Source: Candidatus Woesearchaeota archaeon (GTDB lineage: Archaea; Nanobdellota; Nanobdellia; Pacearchaeales; GW2011-AR1). Taken from it: a DNA stretch of 45,062 nucleotides. Position numbers and translations under genes: made by a program. Within the stretch, counting starts at the first letter, position 1. Each line of letters opens with the position of its first letter. Below are positions 19,150 through 28,771 of the stretch, piece by piece. A model generated the notes under the pieces. That model was not told the DNA's origin and did no database searches. It worked only from the letters and a program-made list of their open reading frames with translations. Where the stretch lies: contig CAZHMB010000004.1 of the NCBI GenBank assembly GCA_964533515.1, positions 1-45,062 of the forward strand. The letters are read 5' to 3'.

Positions 19150-19305
19150 ATGAAAAATTTAAATTGCCCTTTATGTGAAGAAGAAGTATATTCTGGAATT
19201 GGAGAAGGATGTAAAATGTGCGGTATGGCTTTAGAGGATAAGACAGAGGAATTTTGTTCTATGAAATGCGAGGAACAACATTCAAAAATAAATTCAGGGA
19301 GTTAA
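19150..19305 (+). CDS. Small Cys-rich metal-binding protein (TRASH/YHS-like), below the ORF track cut-off
   Basis: [51 protein letters not shown] (51 aa), 1-nt gaps to both neighbours; CGM...FCSxxC pattern. Confidence 0.8.
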   Translation: MKNLNCPLCEEEVYSGIGEGCKMCGMALEDKTEEFCSMKCEEQHSKINSGS

Positions 19306-19306
19306 A

Positions 19307-21484
19307 ATGAAAAAAGCAAAAATAGATATCGAAGGAATGACGTGCGCGTCGTGCGCGGCGCACGTTGAAAAAGAACTTTCAAGAATGGGCGGAAAGAACA
19401 TTTCCGTTAACCCTGTTGTTGGAAAAGGTTTTGTAGAAGTAGAAGACAATGTAAGTGAAGAACAGCTGAAAGATGCTGTCAAAGAAGCGGGCTATAAGCC
19501 TATCAAAGTTGAGTTTGACTCAGCTTCTGATAATTACGAAGATAAAAAGGAGACAAGCAAAGAGGAAAGAGAAACAAGATCCTGGCTGATTAGACTAATC
19601 GGAACCTGGATTTTTACAATAGAGATTATGGCTCTGATGTATTCTGAATTTCTTTTCGGAAGACAACTTCTCCCAATGCAATATATGACCCTCACAATGT
19701 TAATTCTAAGTTTTCCGGTTATTTTTATATTCGGTTTTCAAACTATTAAATCCGGAATAAAAGGGTTTTTCAAATTATACTTTACAATGAATTCTTTGAT
19801 CGCATTAGGAACCCTACTCGCATATTTGACCGGAATCTTAAGTTTTTATATGGACATAACAAGTTTCGCGGGAGTCTCTGGAATGATCATGACAATTTTT
19901 ATAACCGGAAAATATATAGAATCAAAAGCAAAAGGGAGGGCGACAAAAGAGATCAAAAAACTTTTGGAACTTGGAGCAAAAAAAGCAAGAATATTAAGAA
20001 GAAATAAAGAAATAGAAATAGCGATCTCAGAACTTAATTCCGGGGATATTATGATAATTAAACCTGGAGAAAAAATCCCCTCAGATGGAATTGTTACAAA
20101 AGGACAAAGTTCTGTCGACGAATCGATGGTTACCGGAGAAAGCTTGCCCGTCGACAAAAACCCAAAAGATTTAGTCATAGGAGCAACAATAAATCAGGAT
20201 GGAATTTTGTATGTCAAAGCAACAAAAATTGGAAAGGATACCTTCCTCTCGCACATTATAAAATTAGTTGAAGAGGCCCAAGGAACAAAAGTTCCCATAC
20301 AAGCCGTCGCAGATAAAGTAACAAACATCTTTGTTCCAGTGATTTTAGTAATTGCAGTCCTGACTTTTTTCGGATGGTTTATCTTCTCATCAAAATCCCT
20401 AGGGGAAGTTGTTGGAATAGGGATTTCAGTTTTAGTCATCGCATGCCCTTGCGCTTTAGGTTTAGCAGTTCCAATTTCTTTAACTGTTGGTTCTGGCATG
20501 GGCGCCAAAAAAGGGATTTTAATAAGAAAAGGGGAAGCAATTCAAACAATGAAAGAAGTTAAGACAATCGTTTTTGATAAAACAGGCACGATAACTAAAG
20601 GGGAACCGGAAGTCACAGAATTTTATTTAGCCGGAAAAACTTCTGAAAAAAAATTATGGGAAGTTGCAGGAAGTTTAGAAAAACTTTCAGAACACCCGTT
20701 GTCAAAAGCAATTGTGAAAAAGGCCGATTTGAAAAAATATAAACCTGTTAAAAATTTTAAGATTACACGGGGAAGAGGCTTGGAGGGGATAATTGGGGGA
20801 AAGAAGATAGTAATCGGAAATTCAGAATTAATCAAAGAAAGAAAAATTTCTTTAGTTAAGTTTAAAGAAAAGATAAAAGAATTTGAAGAGAAAGGGCAAA
20901 CAACAATCATGGTTGTTCAAGGCAAAAAGGTTTTAGGCATAGTTGGAATTTCAGATGCTTTGAAAGAAGATTCTATTCAAGCAATCAAACAACTCAATGA
21001 AAAAGGTTACAAGACAGTAATGATAACAGGAGATAACGAGGCAACAGCGAAGGCAATTGCCAAACAGGTAGGCATTGAGGAAGTCATTGCCAGAGTTTTA
21101 CCCGGAGACAAATCCAAAAAAGTAGAAAAACTTCAAGAAGAAGGGATGGTAGCTTTTATCGGAGATGGAATTAATGATGCCCCTGCATTAAAACAAGCAA
21201 ACGTCGGAATAGCTATGGGAAACGGAACAGACATCGCGATCGAAGCAGGAGACATTGTTTTAGCAAATGATAATGTTACGGGTGTTGTTCAAGCAATTAA
21301 TTTATCCAAGGCGACTTTCGGAAAAATCAAGCAAAACTTATTTTGGGCATTTGCATACAATGTTATCGCCATTCCTTTAGCAATTGCAGGATTTCTAAAT
21401 CCCGTTGTAGCAGAAATTGCAATGGCATTGAGCTCTATAACGGTAGTCAGCAATGCAAATTTATTAAGGATGAAAAAGATATAG
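19307..21484 (+). CDS. copA: Cu(I)-translocating P1B-type ATPase
   Basis: [35 protein letters not shown] and MALSS motifs. Confidence 0.96.
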   Translation: MKKAKIDIEGMTCASCAAHVEKELSRMGGKNISVNPVVGKGFVEVEDNVSEEQLKDAVKEAGYKPIKVEFDSASDNYEDKKETSKEERETRSWLIRLIGTWIFTIEIMALMYSEFLFGRQLLPMQYMTLTMLILSFPVIFIFGFQTIKSGIKGFFKLYFTMNSLIALGTLLAYLTGILSFYMDITSFAGVSGMIMTIFITGKYIESKAKGRATKEIKKLLELGAKKARILRRNKEIEIAISELNSGDIMIIKPGEKIPSDGIVTKGQSSVDESMVTGESLPVDKNPKDLVIGATINQDGILYVKATKIGKDTFLSHIIKLVEEAQGTKVPIQAVADKVTNIFVPVILVIAVLTFFGWFIFSSKSLGEVVGIGISVLVIACPCALGLAVPISLTVGSGMGAKKGILIRKGEAIQTMKEVKTIVFDKTGTITKGEPEVTEFYLAGKTSEKKLWEVAGSLEKLSEHPLSKAIVKKADLKKYKPVKNFKITRGRGLEGIIGGKKIVIGNSELIKERKISLVKFKEKIKEFEEKGQTTIMVVQGKKVLGIVGISDALKEDSIQAIKQLNEKGYKTVMITGDNEATAKAIAKQVGIEEVIARVLPGDKSKKVEKLQEEGMVAFIGDGINDAPALKQANVGIAMGNGTDIAIEAGDIVLANDNVTGVVQAINLSKATFGKIKQNLFWAFAYNVIAIPLAIAGFLNPVVAEIAMALSSITVVSNANLLRMKKI

Positions 21485-21560
21485 GTGATCTTTTCAATGA
21501 GTAAACCGAGTTGTAGCTAGCTCATGAAAGACTTATAAACTGATTTATTTTTATTTTTTC

Positions 21561-22277
21561 ATGTTATATTTGATAGGATTAGGATTAGACGAGAAAGGAC
21601 TTCAACAGCGAAGCCTAGAGATTTTGAAGAGATGCAAGAGAGTATATCTCGAAGGATATACTGTGGATTTTCCTTACAGCTTGAAAAGGTTAGAAGAAGT
21701 TCTTGAAAAAAAGATAAAATTAGTAGATAGGGAATTTATTGAAAATTTTAAATTTCTTGATGAAGCCAAAAAATTAGATGTGGCTTTGTTATTTTACGGA
21801 AGCCCCTTGGTCGCAACAACACATATAACAATTTTGGACGAAGCAAAAAAATCAGAGATAAAAACAAAAGTATTCCATTCGGCCTCAGTCTTTGATGCTG
21901 TGACAGAAACAGGCCTTCAACTTTACAAGTTCGGAAAAGTAGCCTCAATGCCAGATTGGAAAGACAAAGGAAAATCAACAAGTTTCTTAGACGTTGTGAA
22001 ACAAAACCAATCGATAGATGCACACAGTTTAATATTAATTGACATCGGCCTTGAATTTGATGATGCATTAAAGCAGCTTCAAGAAGCATTAAAAGAAAAA
22101 GAGTTGGATGTTAAAGAAATCATCCTCTGTCAAACATTGGGAACAAAGAATTCAAAGATATTTTACAAAAAACTAAAAGACTTTGAAGAATACGACAGCG
22201 TAAGAAAACCTTATTGTATAATCATCCCAGGAAAACTACATTTTTTGGAAGAGGAATTTTTAGAAAACTTTAAATAA
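21561..22277 (+). CDS. dph5: Diphthine synthase
   Basis: MLYLIGLGL, VYLEGYT, GSPLVATTH, GLQLYKFGK, HSLILIDI and IIIPGKLHFLEEEFL. Confidence 0.92.
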   Translation: MLYLIGLGLDEKGLQQRSLEILKRCKRVYLEGYTVDFPYSLKRLEEVLEKKIKLVDREFIENFKFLDEAKKLDVALLFYGSPLVATTHITILDEAKKSEIKTKVFHSASVFDAVTETGLQLYKFGKVASMPDWKDKGKSTSFLDVVKQNQSIDAHSLILIDIGLEFDDALKQLQEALKEKELDVKEIILCQTLGTKNSKIFYKKLKDFEEYDSVRKPYCIIIPGKLHFLEEEFLENFK

Positions 22278-22323
22278 TCTGCTGTTTTAATTTTAACATG
22301 GCTATAAGAGAACAAACAACAAT

Positions 22324-22462
22324 TGCAAGTTCAATCATGTTCGAAATTTTTGGAAAATTTCGAAGCATCCAAAAAACGAGCGCTGAACGCATCGTTTTTC
22401 TGATAGCCGGAATTATATCTATTATAATTATTATCTAAGCAAGTTCCATTTCGGAGCTTGCA
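22324..22462. other. Multi-hairpin intergenic element overlapping a 46-aa ORF (22298-22438, +)
   Basis: Stems TTCGAAATTTT/AAAATTTCGAA, AAAAACGA/TCGTTTTT and GCAAGTTCC/GGAGCTTGC. Confidence 0.5.
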
Positions 22463-22473
22463 GGAATATTACA

Positions 22474-22686
22474 ATGAGTTCAAAATATAATTTGATCGAA
22501 CATACAAGGGAAACATTAGCAAGGCTGGGCCCTTTTGATGAAGAACAAAGGGAAAGCTTTGCAGAGACGACAGAATTTAGAGAGATATATCGCTACCTGA
22601 GGCCTTTTAGCAGAACTCAAGCAGAGGCCTTATTTGGGGCGGAATATTACTGGGTCATGTCTATGGGCAAGCAACTAAATTTATAA
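22474..22686 (+). CDS. Hypothetical protein
   Basis: 70-aa ORF with no recognisable motif. Confidence 0.5.
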   Translation: MSSKYNLIEHTRETLARLGPFDEEQRESFAETTEFREIYRYLRPFSRTQAEALFGAEYYWVMSMGKQLNL

Positions 22687-22714
22687 ATAAACAAAACAAA
22701 CAATAGTTAACAAG

Positions 22715-25519
22715 ATGATAGATTTCAAACACGTTGAAGAAGAAGTAAAAAAAATATGGAAGAAAAATAAAAAAGAGATACAAAATTCTGTTAAAGATAA
22801 TCCAAAGAAACCTCTTTTTAGTTTTCTTGAAGGCCCACCAACGGCAAACGCCCCGCCCGGATTACATCATTTGGAATCAAGAACTTTCAAAGACATAATT
22901 TGCAAATTTAAATTCATGCAAGGATTTTCTGTCCCAAGAAAAGGTGGCTGGGATTGTCACGGCTTGCCCGTTGAAGTTCAAGTTGAAAAAGCCTTAAAAT
23001 TGAAGTCAAAAAAAGACGTCGTAAAATTCGGAATAGATAAATTCACTTGTCAATGTCGAGAAGACGTTTTCTCAAATATTGAAGATTGGAACAGAATAAC
23101 CAAAGAAATTGGTTACTGGGTTGACTTAGAAAATCCATACATAACTTTAAACAACGATTATATAGAAAGCGTTTGGTGGTCATTAAAAGAATTATACAAA
23201 AAGAAGCTTTTATACGAGGGTTACAAGGTCGTTCCATTTTGCACCCGTTGCGGAACCCCTTTTTCAAGTCACGAAGTAGCTCAAGGTTACAAAGATGTTA
23301 CCGAAGATTCAGTTTACATAGCATTCAAGTTAAAAAAATCAAAAGGGGATTATATTCTTGCTTGGACCACAACACCCTGGACTTTACCAGGAAATGTCGG
23401 CCTTGCTGTAAACCCAAAATTCACTTATGTAAAAGTTCAACTTCCAGACAAAGACACTTTAATTTTAGCAAAAGAAAGATTAGAAGTCTTGGATCTAGAT
23501 TACAAAATTCTTGAAGAGATAAAAGGAAAAGATTTAGTTGGCCTAGAATATGAACCTCTCTACGATATCAAAGAAACTCAGAATGAAAAATCGCATAAGA
23601 TCATCCCTGCGGATTTTGTAACAATTGAAGATGGAACGGGTGTCGTCCATACTGCAGTTATGTATGGTGAAGACGACTACAATGTCGGGATGGAAATTGG
23701 ATTACCTGCAGTTCACACCGTAGGAGAAGATGGCAGATTCTTAGATATAGCCCCGGAGTTTTTGAAGGGCAGATACGTCAAAGAAACAGAGAAAGATATA
23801 ATAGAAGACCTAAAGAAAAGACACCTTCTATTAAAAAAAGAAAAAACAACCCACACTTACCCCTTTTGTTGGAGATGTGACACGCCCCTACTTTATTACG
23901 CCATAAATTCATGGTACATCAAAGTAAGTTCAATAAAAGATAAGCTTGTAAAAGCAAATAAAAAAATAAATTGGACTCCCGAGCATATCCGGGATGGAAG
24001 ATTTGGAAAATGGCTCGAGGGTGCAAAAGATTGGGCGCTCTCAAGATTTAAATTCTGGGGTTCTCCCCTTCCAATTTGGAGATGCGAATGCGGACAAGAA
24101 AAGATAATTGGAAGTATAGAAGAGTTAAAAAAAGAGGCCGTAAAGCTTCCGAAAGAAAAAATTGATTTGCATAAGCCCTGGATAGACAAAATAAAACTAA
24201 AATGCTCTTGTGGAAAAGAGATGAAAAGAATCCCTGATGTTATTGATTGTTGGTATGATTCTGGAAGTTCGAGTTTCGCGCAATTTCATTATCCTTTCGA
24301 AAACGAAAAAGAATTTGAGAAAAGATTCCCCTACGATTTCATAGCAGAGGCAATAGACCAAACAAGGGGATGGTTCTACACCTTACATGTTTTAGGAGTT
24401 ACTTTATTCGATAAACCAGCTTACAAAAATGTAATTTCCATGGGCCATGTTGTAGATGAAAAGGGAGAAAAAATGTCAAAATCAAAAGGAAATATAATTA
24501 AGCCAGATGAAATTTTAAACCAGGCCGGAGCAGATGCTGTAAGATTACAATTTTGCACAACAGACATGGGCAAATCAAAAAGATTCTCATTCGATTTAAT
24601 TAAAGAATCAGTGTTACCTTTTTTGACAGTATTATACAATGTAAATAAATATTACAATCAGTTAGAATCAAAGAAAAATAAAAAACAGATCGAAGACAGG
24701 TGGATCCTAAGTAAATTAAATACTTTAGCAAAGGAAGTTACTGCAGACCTAGAAAAATACCTGATAAATAACGCTTACGAAAAAATCCAAAATTTTGTGG
24801 TCAACAGTTTTTCAAGAACTTATATCAAAATGACTCGGGATAGAGAAGACACAAAAGAAATTATAAAAGAAGTTTTACAAACAACAACAAAATTACTTGC
24901 CCCATTTGCACCATACATCTCAGATTATGTCTTTCAGAATTTTTCAAAAGATTCAATACATCTTTCGTCATGGCCGAAATCGAATTCAAAATTAATCGAC
25001 AAAAAGCTCGAGGAAGAATTTGATCTGATTCTTCAAATAATTGAGAAAGGTTTATCTGAAAGAGACAAACAACAAATTGGTTTGAAGTGGCCTCTTGCCT
25101 CGGCGACCATTTCATATTTTAAGCCCATAGGTGAAAAATATTGGGATATTATCAAAGCTCAACTCAATGTCAAAGAATTAGAAGTTTTAACGGGAAGTAT
25201 TAAAGGCGATGATCAAATAGAAGTTGATCTCGATACAAAATTGACCCCAGAACTCGAAGCTGAAGGATATGCCAGAGAGATGTCAAGGAAAATCCAGGCC
25301 TTCAGAAAAGAACTTGGATTACAAAAGACAGATAAAGTGAAAACAACAATCATCACCGACGAAGAATTTAAAGAGACTCTTGCCAAACAATTAGATCTCA
25401 TCAAAGAAAGGACGAACTCCCAAAAGTTGGAAATTGTTACAACTGGTAAGGAAACATTTAAAAACATAAACGACTTCAAGATAAAAGATAAAAGAGGGAG
25501 GATCGCAATTGAGTGCTAA
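22715..25519 (+). CDS. ileS: Isoleucine--tRNA ligase (IleRS2-like)
   Basis: EGPPTANAPPGLHH, GWDCHGLPVE, AWTTTPWTLPGN, GTGVVH, DWALSR, DQTRGWF and KMSKS. Confidence 0.97.
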   Translation: MIDFKHVEEEVKKIWKKNKKEIQNSVKDNPKKPLFSFLEGPPTANAPPGLHHLESRTFKDIICKFKFMQGFSVPRKGGWDCHGLPVEVQVEKALKLKSKKDVVKFGIDKFTCQCREDVFSNIEDWNRITKEIGYWVDLENPYITLNNDYIESVWWSLKELYKKKLLYEGYKVVPFCTRCGTPFSSHEVAQGYKDVTEDSVYIAFKLKKSKGDYILAWTTTPWTLPGNVGLAVNPKFTYVKVQLPDKDTLILAKERLEVLDLDYKILEEIKGKDLVGLEYEPLYDIKETQNEKSHKIIPADFVTIEDGTGVVHTAVMYGEDDYNVGMEIGLPAVHTVGEDGRFLDIAPEFLKGRYVKETEKDIIEDLKKRHLLLKKEKTTHTYPFCWRCDTPLLYYAINSWYIKVSSIKDKLVKANKKINWTPEHIRDGRFGKWLEGAKDWALSRFKFWGSPLPIWRCECGQEKIIGSIEELKKEAVKLPKEKIDLHKPWIDKIKLKCSCGKEMKRIPDVIDCWYDSGSSSFAQFHYPFENEKEFEKRFPYDFIAEAIDQTRGWFYTLHVLGVTLFDKPAYKNVISMGHVVDEKGEKMSKSKGNIIKPDEILNQAGADAVRLQFCTTDMGKSKRFSFDLIKESVLPFLTVLYNVNKYYNQLESKKNKKQIEDRWILSKLNTLAKEVTADLEKYLINNAYEKIQNFVVNSFSRTYIKMTRDREDTKEIIKEVLQTTTKLLAPFAPYISDYVFQNFSKDSIHLSSWPKSNSKLIDKKLEEEFDLILQIIEKGLSERDKQQIGLKWPLASATISYFKPIGEKYWDIIKAQLNVKELEVLTGSIKGDDQIEVDLDTKLTPELEAEGYAREMSRKIQAFRKELGLQKTDKVKTTIITDEEFKETLAKQLDLIKERTNSQKLEIVTTGKETFKNINDFKIKDKRGRIAIEC

Positions 25520-25604
25520 ATTTACCTTGCTTGAGTACTCATATAAGTTCACCCTTTTACCATAATAAACTTTAAAAAGGAGTTTGACTAAATAGATACA
25601 TAAA

Positions 25605-26408
25605 ATGATAGTACAAGATGAATTTTTGAGCAGATTAAGAAAGATTTTTAATTTGAATTTATATGAGGTGAAAGTTTGGACGGCGCTTCTTTCTCGGGGA
25701 ACTTCAACTGCCGGAGAATTAAGTAACATCAGCGACGTTCCGAGATCAAGAACTTATGATATTCTAGAGAGTTTAGAGAAGAAAGGTTTCATTGTGATGA
25801 AGTTAGGAAAGCCAATAAAGTTTGTAGCTCTTAAACCAGAAGAAGTTGTTGAAAGAGTTAAGAAGAATTTGATGAAGTCCGCGCAAGATAGATCAAAGAG
25901 ACTTGAGAAACTTAAAGGCGACGAAGTTTTAGAAGAACTTAATACGTTATTTACCAAAGGAATAAAGTTCGTAGAACCAACAGAACTTTCCGGAAGTATG
26001 AAAGGAAGACAGAACATCTACAATCATTTAGACATGATGGTTCGTGACGCAGAAAAGACAATTACAATTGTAACAACAGCAGAAGGTCTTAACAGAAAAA
26101 TGGAATCTCTTCTTCCAAGTTTGGAAAAAGCAAAAAAGAGAGGAATTATAGTAAGAATCGCTGCTCCGATAGATAAGAATAATATGAAAGTTGCGAAAGA
26201 TTTCCAAAAAGTTGCAGAGGTTAAGAATATGCAGAAGATAAAAGCGAGATTTACAATCATAGACAGCAACCAATTGATGTTCATGCTTCTTGATGACGAA
26301 AAGTTCCATCCCAACTACGACGTTGGAGTTTGGATTAACACCGAATTCTTTGCTCAAGCATTAGAACAGATGTTTGAGTTGGCTTGGAAAGACATGAAAA
26401 AGATTTGA
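25605..26408 (+). CDS. TrmB family transcriptional regulator
   Basis: LNLYEVKVWTALL...TAGELSNISDVPRSRTYDILESLEKKGF; C-terminal TrmB effector domain. Confidence 0.93.
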   Translation: MIVQDEFLSRLRKIFNLNLYEVKVWTALLSRGTSTAGELSNISDVPRSRTYDILESLEKKGFIVMKLGKPIKFVALKPEEVVERVKKNLMKSAQDRSKRLEKLKGDEVLEELNTLFTKGIKFVEPTELSGSMKGRQNIYNHLDMMVRDAEKTITIVTTAEGLNRKMESLLPSLEKAKKRGIIVRIAAPIDKNNMKVAKDFQKVAEVKNMQKIKARFTIIDSNQLMFMLLDDEKFHPNYDVGVWINTEFFAQALEQMFELAWKDMKKI

Positions 26409-26419
26409 AATAATAAAAA

Positions 26420-26623
26420 ATGGAAGAACTAGATAAAAAGGTGAAAAATTTTGATACATGGGATATTGCTCTGACAAAGCTTGCCGTTGCAGCAGGAGTT
26501 TTATTTATTATCGGAATCTGGCCCGCAGCAAGAAATTGGGCATTCACAATTAATCCTTGGTGGTTTTTAGTTGCAGCAGTCGTGTTTGCAATCCGGCCAA
26601 TGATTAGATTTTTCAAGAAGTGA
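26420..26623 (+). CDS. Small two-TM membrane protein
   Basis: WDIALTKL...WWFLV...IRP; two hydrophobic segments. Confidence 0.7.
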   Translation: MEELDKKVKNFDTWDIALTKLAVAAGVLFIIGIWPAARNWAFTINPWWFLVAAVVFAIRPMIRFFKK

Positions 26624-26628
26624 TTTTT

Positions 26629-27180
26629 CTATATCAACCCAAAAACAACAACCCAGAAAAAGAAAACAACAAGGTGCCTTATCAATCTAACGATTAAAGT
26701 TTCAATAAACATATGTCTTGGGCTCATCCTGAAAACACCAGCGATTGTCGGAAGATAAGGAATCGGGCTCACCGCCATGATGACCATCGCCCATAGACCA
26801 TATTTCTTAAAAAGATCTTCATATTTTTTAACATCTTTTTTATCAAAATATCTCAAAATTTTCTTTCCAGAAAAATAACCCAAGTAATAATAAAAGAAAT
26901 TACCCAATATTGCTGACAACAAGAATAAAGACAGCAACAACCAAATATTAAAACCCCCCATAGCCATCAAACTTGCAACAGCAACGCTTCCACCAACAAA
27001 AACCGGAGCTCCCTCGAGTATGAATACAATTAAGACCATGGCTATCAATCCGCCAACCTGCACAGCTCCAACAACCTCATTTTCAAGAAATTTATAATTA
27101 ACGAGACTCCAAACTAATAGCAGTATCACAATTATATTCACAAGCCACAAGATTCCCTTAATCAACTTCTTTTTGTCCAT
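26629..27180 (-). CDS. DedA/VTT family membrane protein
   Basis: SAILGNFFYYYLGYFSG, LFKKYG, SPIPY and AGVFRM patterns. Confidence 0.85.
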   Translation of the reverse strand: MDKKKLIKGILWLVNIIVILLLVWSLVNYKFLENEVVGAVQVGGLIAMVLIVFILEGAPVFVGGSVAVASLMAMGGFNIWLLLSLFLLSAILGNFFYYYLGYFSGKKILRYFDKKDVKKYEDLFKKYGLWAMVIMAVSPIPYLPTIAGVFRMSPRHMFIETLIVRLIRHLVVFFFWVVVFGLI

Positions 27181-27213
27181 TGGAACTTAACGATAAAGGA
27201 ATTTTTAAAGTTT

Positions 27214-27332
27214 GAGTTTCTCTAATTTCGGGAGGTGTTTAATTAGTGAGGGGTTGTCGCATTACTTCGTGATATTTAGCTGAAACGAAGTTTCAGAGAT
27301 TTATAATAAATTTTTCCCCGCCTCAGAGACTC
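27214..27332 (+). repeat. Multibranch hairpin element E with a GGAGG loop (distant relative of copies A-D)
   Basis: Closing stem GAGTTTC/GAGACTC; CTAATT-tcgGGAGGtgttt-AATTAG; TGAGG/CCTCA; CTGAAAC/GTTTCAG. Confidence 0.55.
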
Positions 27333-27340
27333 GCAATTAG

Positions 27341-27958
27341 TCAAAATCTTTGATTTTGATATTTATTTTTTCTTCTCAAAATATCACTATACAACCCTTC
27401 ATGACCAATTCTCTTCATCTCAGCAATAGCAGCCCTTCCACTAAGAATCTTTCCTAATTCTGGAACACAAGCTAGATTAACTCTTGTATTAAGATTGTAA
27501 TCACATCCCAAATAATCATCAATCTCATGTACTTCTAATTCTTCCCCCTCTTCTCCTCTTAAAAAGATCTCTAGTCCACTAAAAGGTTTTGGAATAACAG
27601 AGATATCATTAAAAATATATTCGTCGCCATTATACCCTGCTGGCTCAAGCTTTCTTTTTCCAATATCTCTTGGTGTTGCAGCTCTAAAATGCCTGTCACG
27701 TTCGTAAATAAAACTAGAATCAGAGCCTGTACAAACTCTTAAGTTGGCATCTTCAAAAGGAAGGACTCCCAACTTAAACAAGTAAATTCTGCTAAAATTT
27801 GCATTCTCTTGTTGTAATGGGTTATCAGAAACTACAATTCTCATATAAGGAGGATTCATTTTTTTCACAGCTTCGCGTTTAGAATTAGAAATATAAGCAG
27901 TATCACTATGAAAATTTGTCCATCCTTTTACTAAATAAACATGTTTTCCTTTTTCCAT
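27341..27958 (-). CDS. Hypothetical protein
   Basis: 205-aa ORF with its own TATA upstream; no recognisable motif. Confidence 0.65.
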   Translation of the reverse strand: MEKGKHVYLVKGWTNFHSDTAYISNSKREAVKKMNPPYMRIVVSDNPLQQENANFSRIYLFKLGVLPFEDANLRVCTGSDSSFIYERDRHFRAATPRDIGKRKLEPAGYNGDEYIFNDISVIPKPFSGLEIFLRGEEGEELEVHEIDDYLGCDYNLNTRVNLACVPELGKILSGRAAIAEMKRIGHEGLYSDILRRKNKYQNQRF

Positions 27959-27992
27959 TTTATTTATTCCTTTAGAATAGTAATAGAATTAG

Positions 27993-28023
27993 TATATATT
28001 AAACTTTTACCGACAATTGTCGG
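27993..28023 (-). promoter_or_regulatory. Palindromic operator immediately upstream of BRE/TATA
   Basis: Perfect 14-bp palindrome CCGACAATTGTCGG (28010-28023); on the minus strand it is followed by taaaagTTTAATATA. Confidence 0.6.
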
Positions 28024-28037
28024 ATTTTTACTAAGAA

Positions 28038-28688
28038 TCAGAGTTCTTTATAGATCGAAGGAATAATCTTACCTTCTGCTGTTTTCAAATGTTGCTGATA
28101 AGTAGAATAAGAAATTTTCATTATTTTTGCTAATTTTTCCATCTTTACTTTCTTTGGATAGTCATAATAACCCTGATTAATTGCTATTTCCATCGCCTGT
28201 TTCTGTTTGACAGATAATTTAGGCAATAATCTAGTTATTGAAATATTTGAAATCTTCTCCTCTTTCAATTTCAATAATTCTGCTCCAAGATATTTTTCTG
28301 AGAATTTCAAAATATCTTCCAATATCTTCCTATCAAAACTAGCCAAATCCCAAATGTGTTTTTTTTCTTTACAATTTATTATTGTTGGAGAAGGTCTAAT
28401 TATTCTAGGATCCCAAACAGGTTCTGTGAATAGTGGCTGTTTTGTGACTAAAACTGCAAAATCATTCTTTATTTCCAATTTGACTAATTCCGGTTGTTTC
28501 TTTGCATCTTTAACTAATGATTTTTTATTTTTCTCTTCTCCAAACATAAATCCACAAGTTATCAAATAAAGCCATTTGTTATCTTTATAATAAGAAAGAG
28601 GATAACCAGTCATAGAAACTTTATGTTTAATTGCCATTCTTCCAAGAAACTGATTCTTAGATTCAACTTTTAATTTCATTATCCACAT
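28038..28688 (-). CDS. Bacterio-opsin activator-type (HTH_10) transcription factor
   Basis: C-terminal LSVKQKQAMEIAINQGYYDYPKKVKMEKLAKIMKISYSTYQQHLKTAEGKI. Confidence 0.9.
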   Translation of the reverse strand: MWIMKLKVESKNQFLGRMAIKHKVSMTGYPLSYYKDNKWLYLITCGFMFGEEKNKKSLVKDAKKQPELVKLEIKNDFAVLVTKQPLFTEPVWDPRIIRPSPTIINCKEKKHIWDLASFDRKILEDILKFSEKYLGAELLKLKEEKISNISITRLLPKLSVKQKQAMEIAINQGYYDYPKKVKMEKLAKIMKISYSTYQQHLKTAEGKIIPSIYKEL

Positions 28689-28771
28689 AGATATAATAAC
28701 GCAATAGTTCCTATAAATATCTTTCTAAATAAAATCTTCTTTTTTAGAAAAAGAAGCAAAAGCGACAACCC

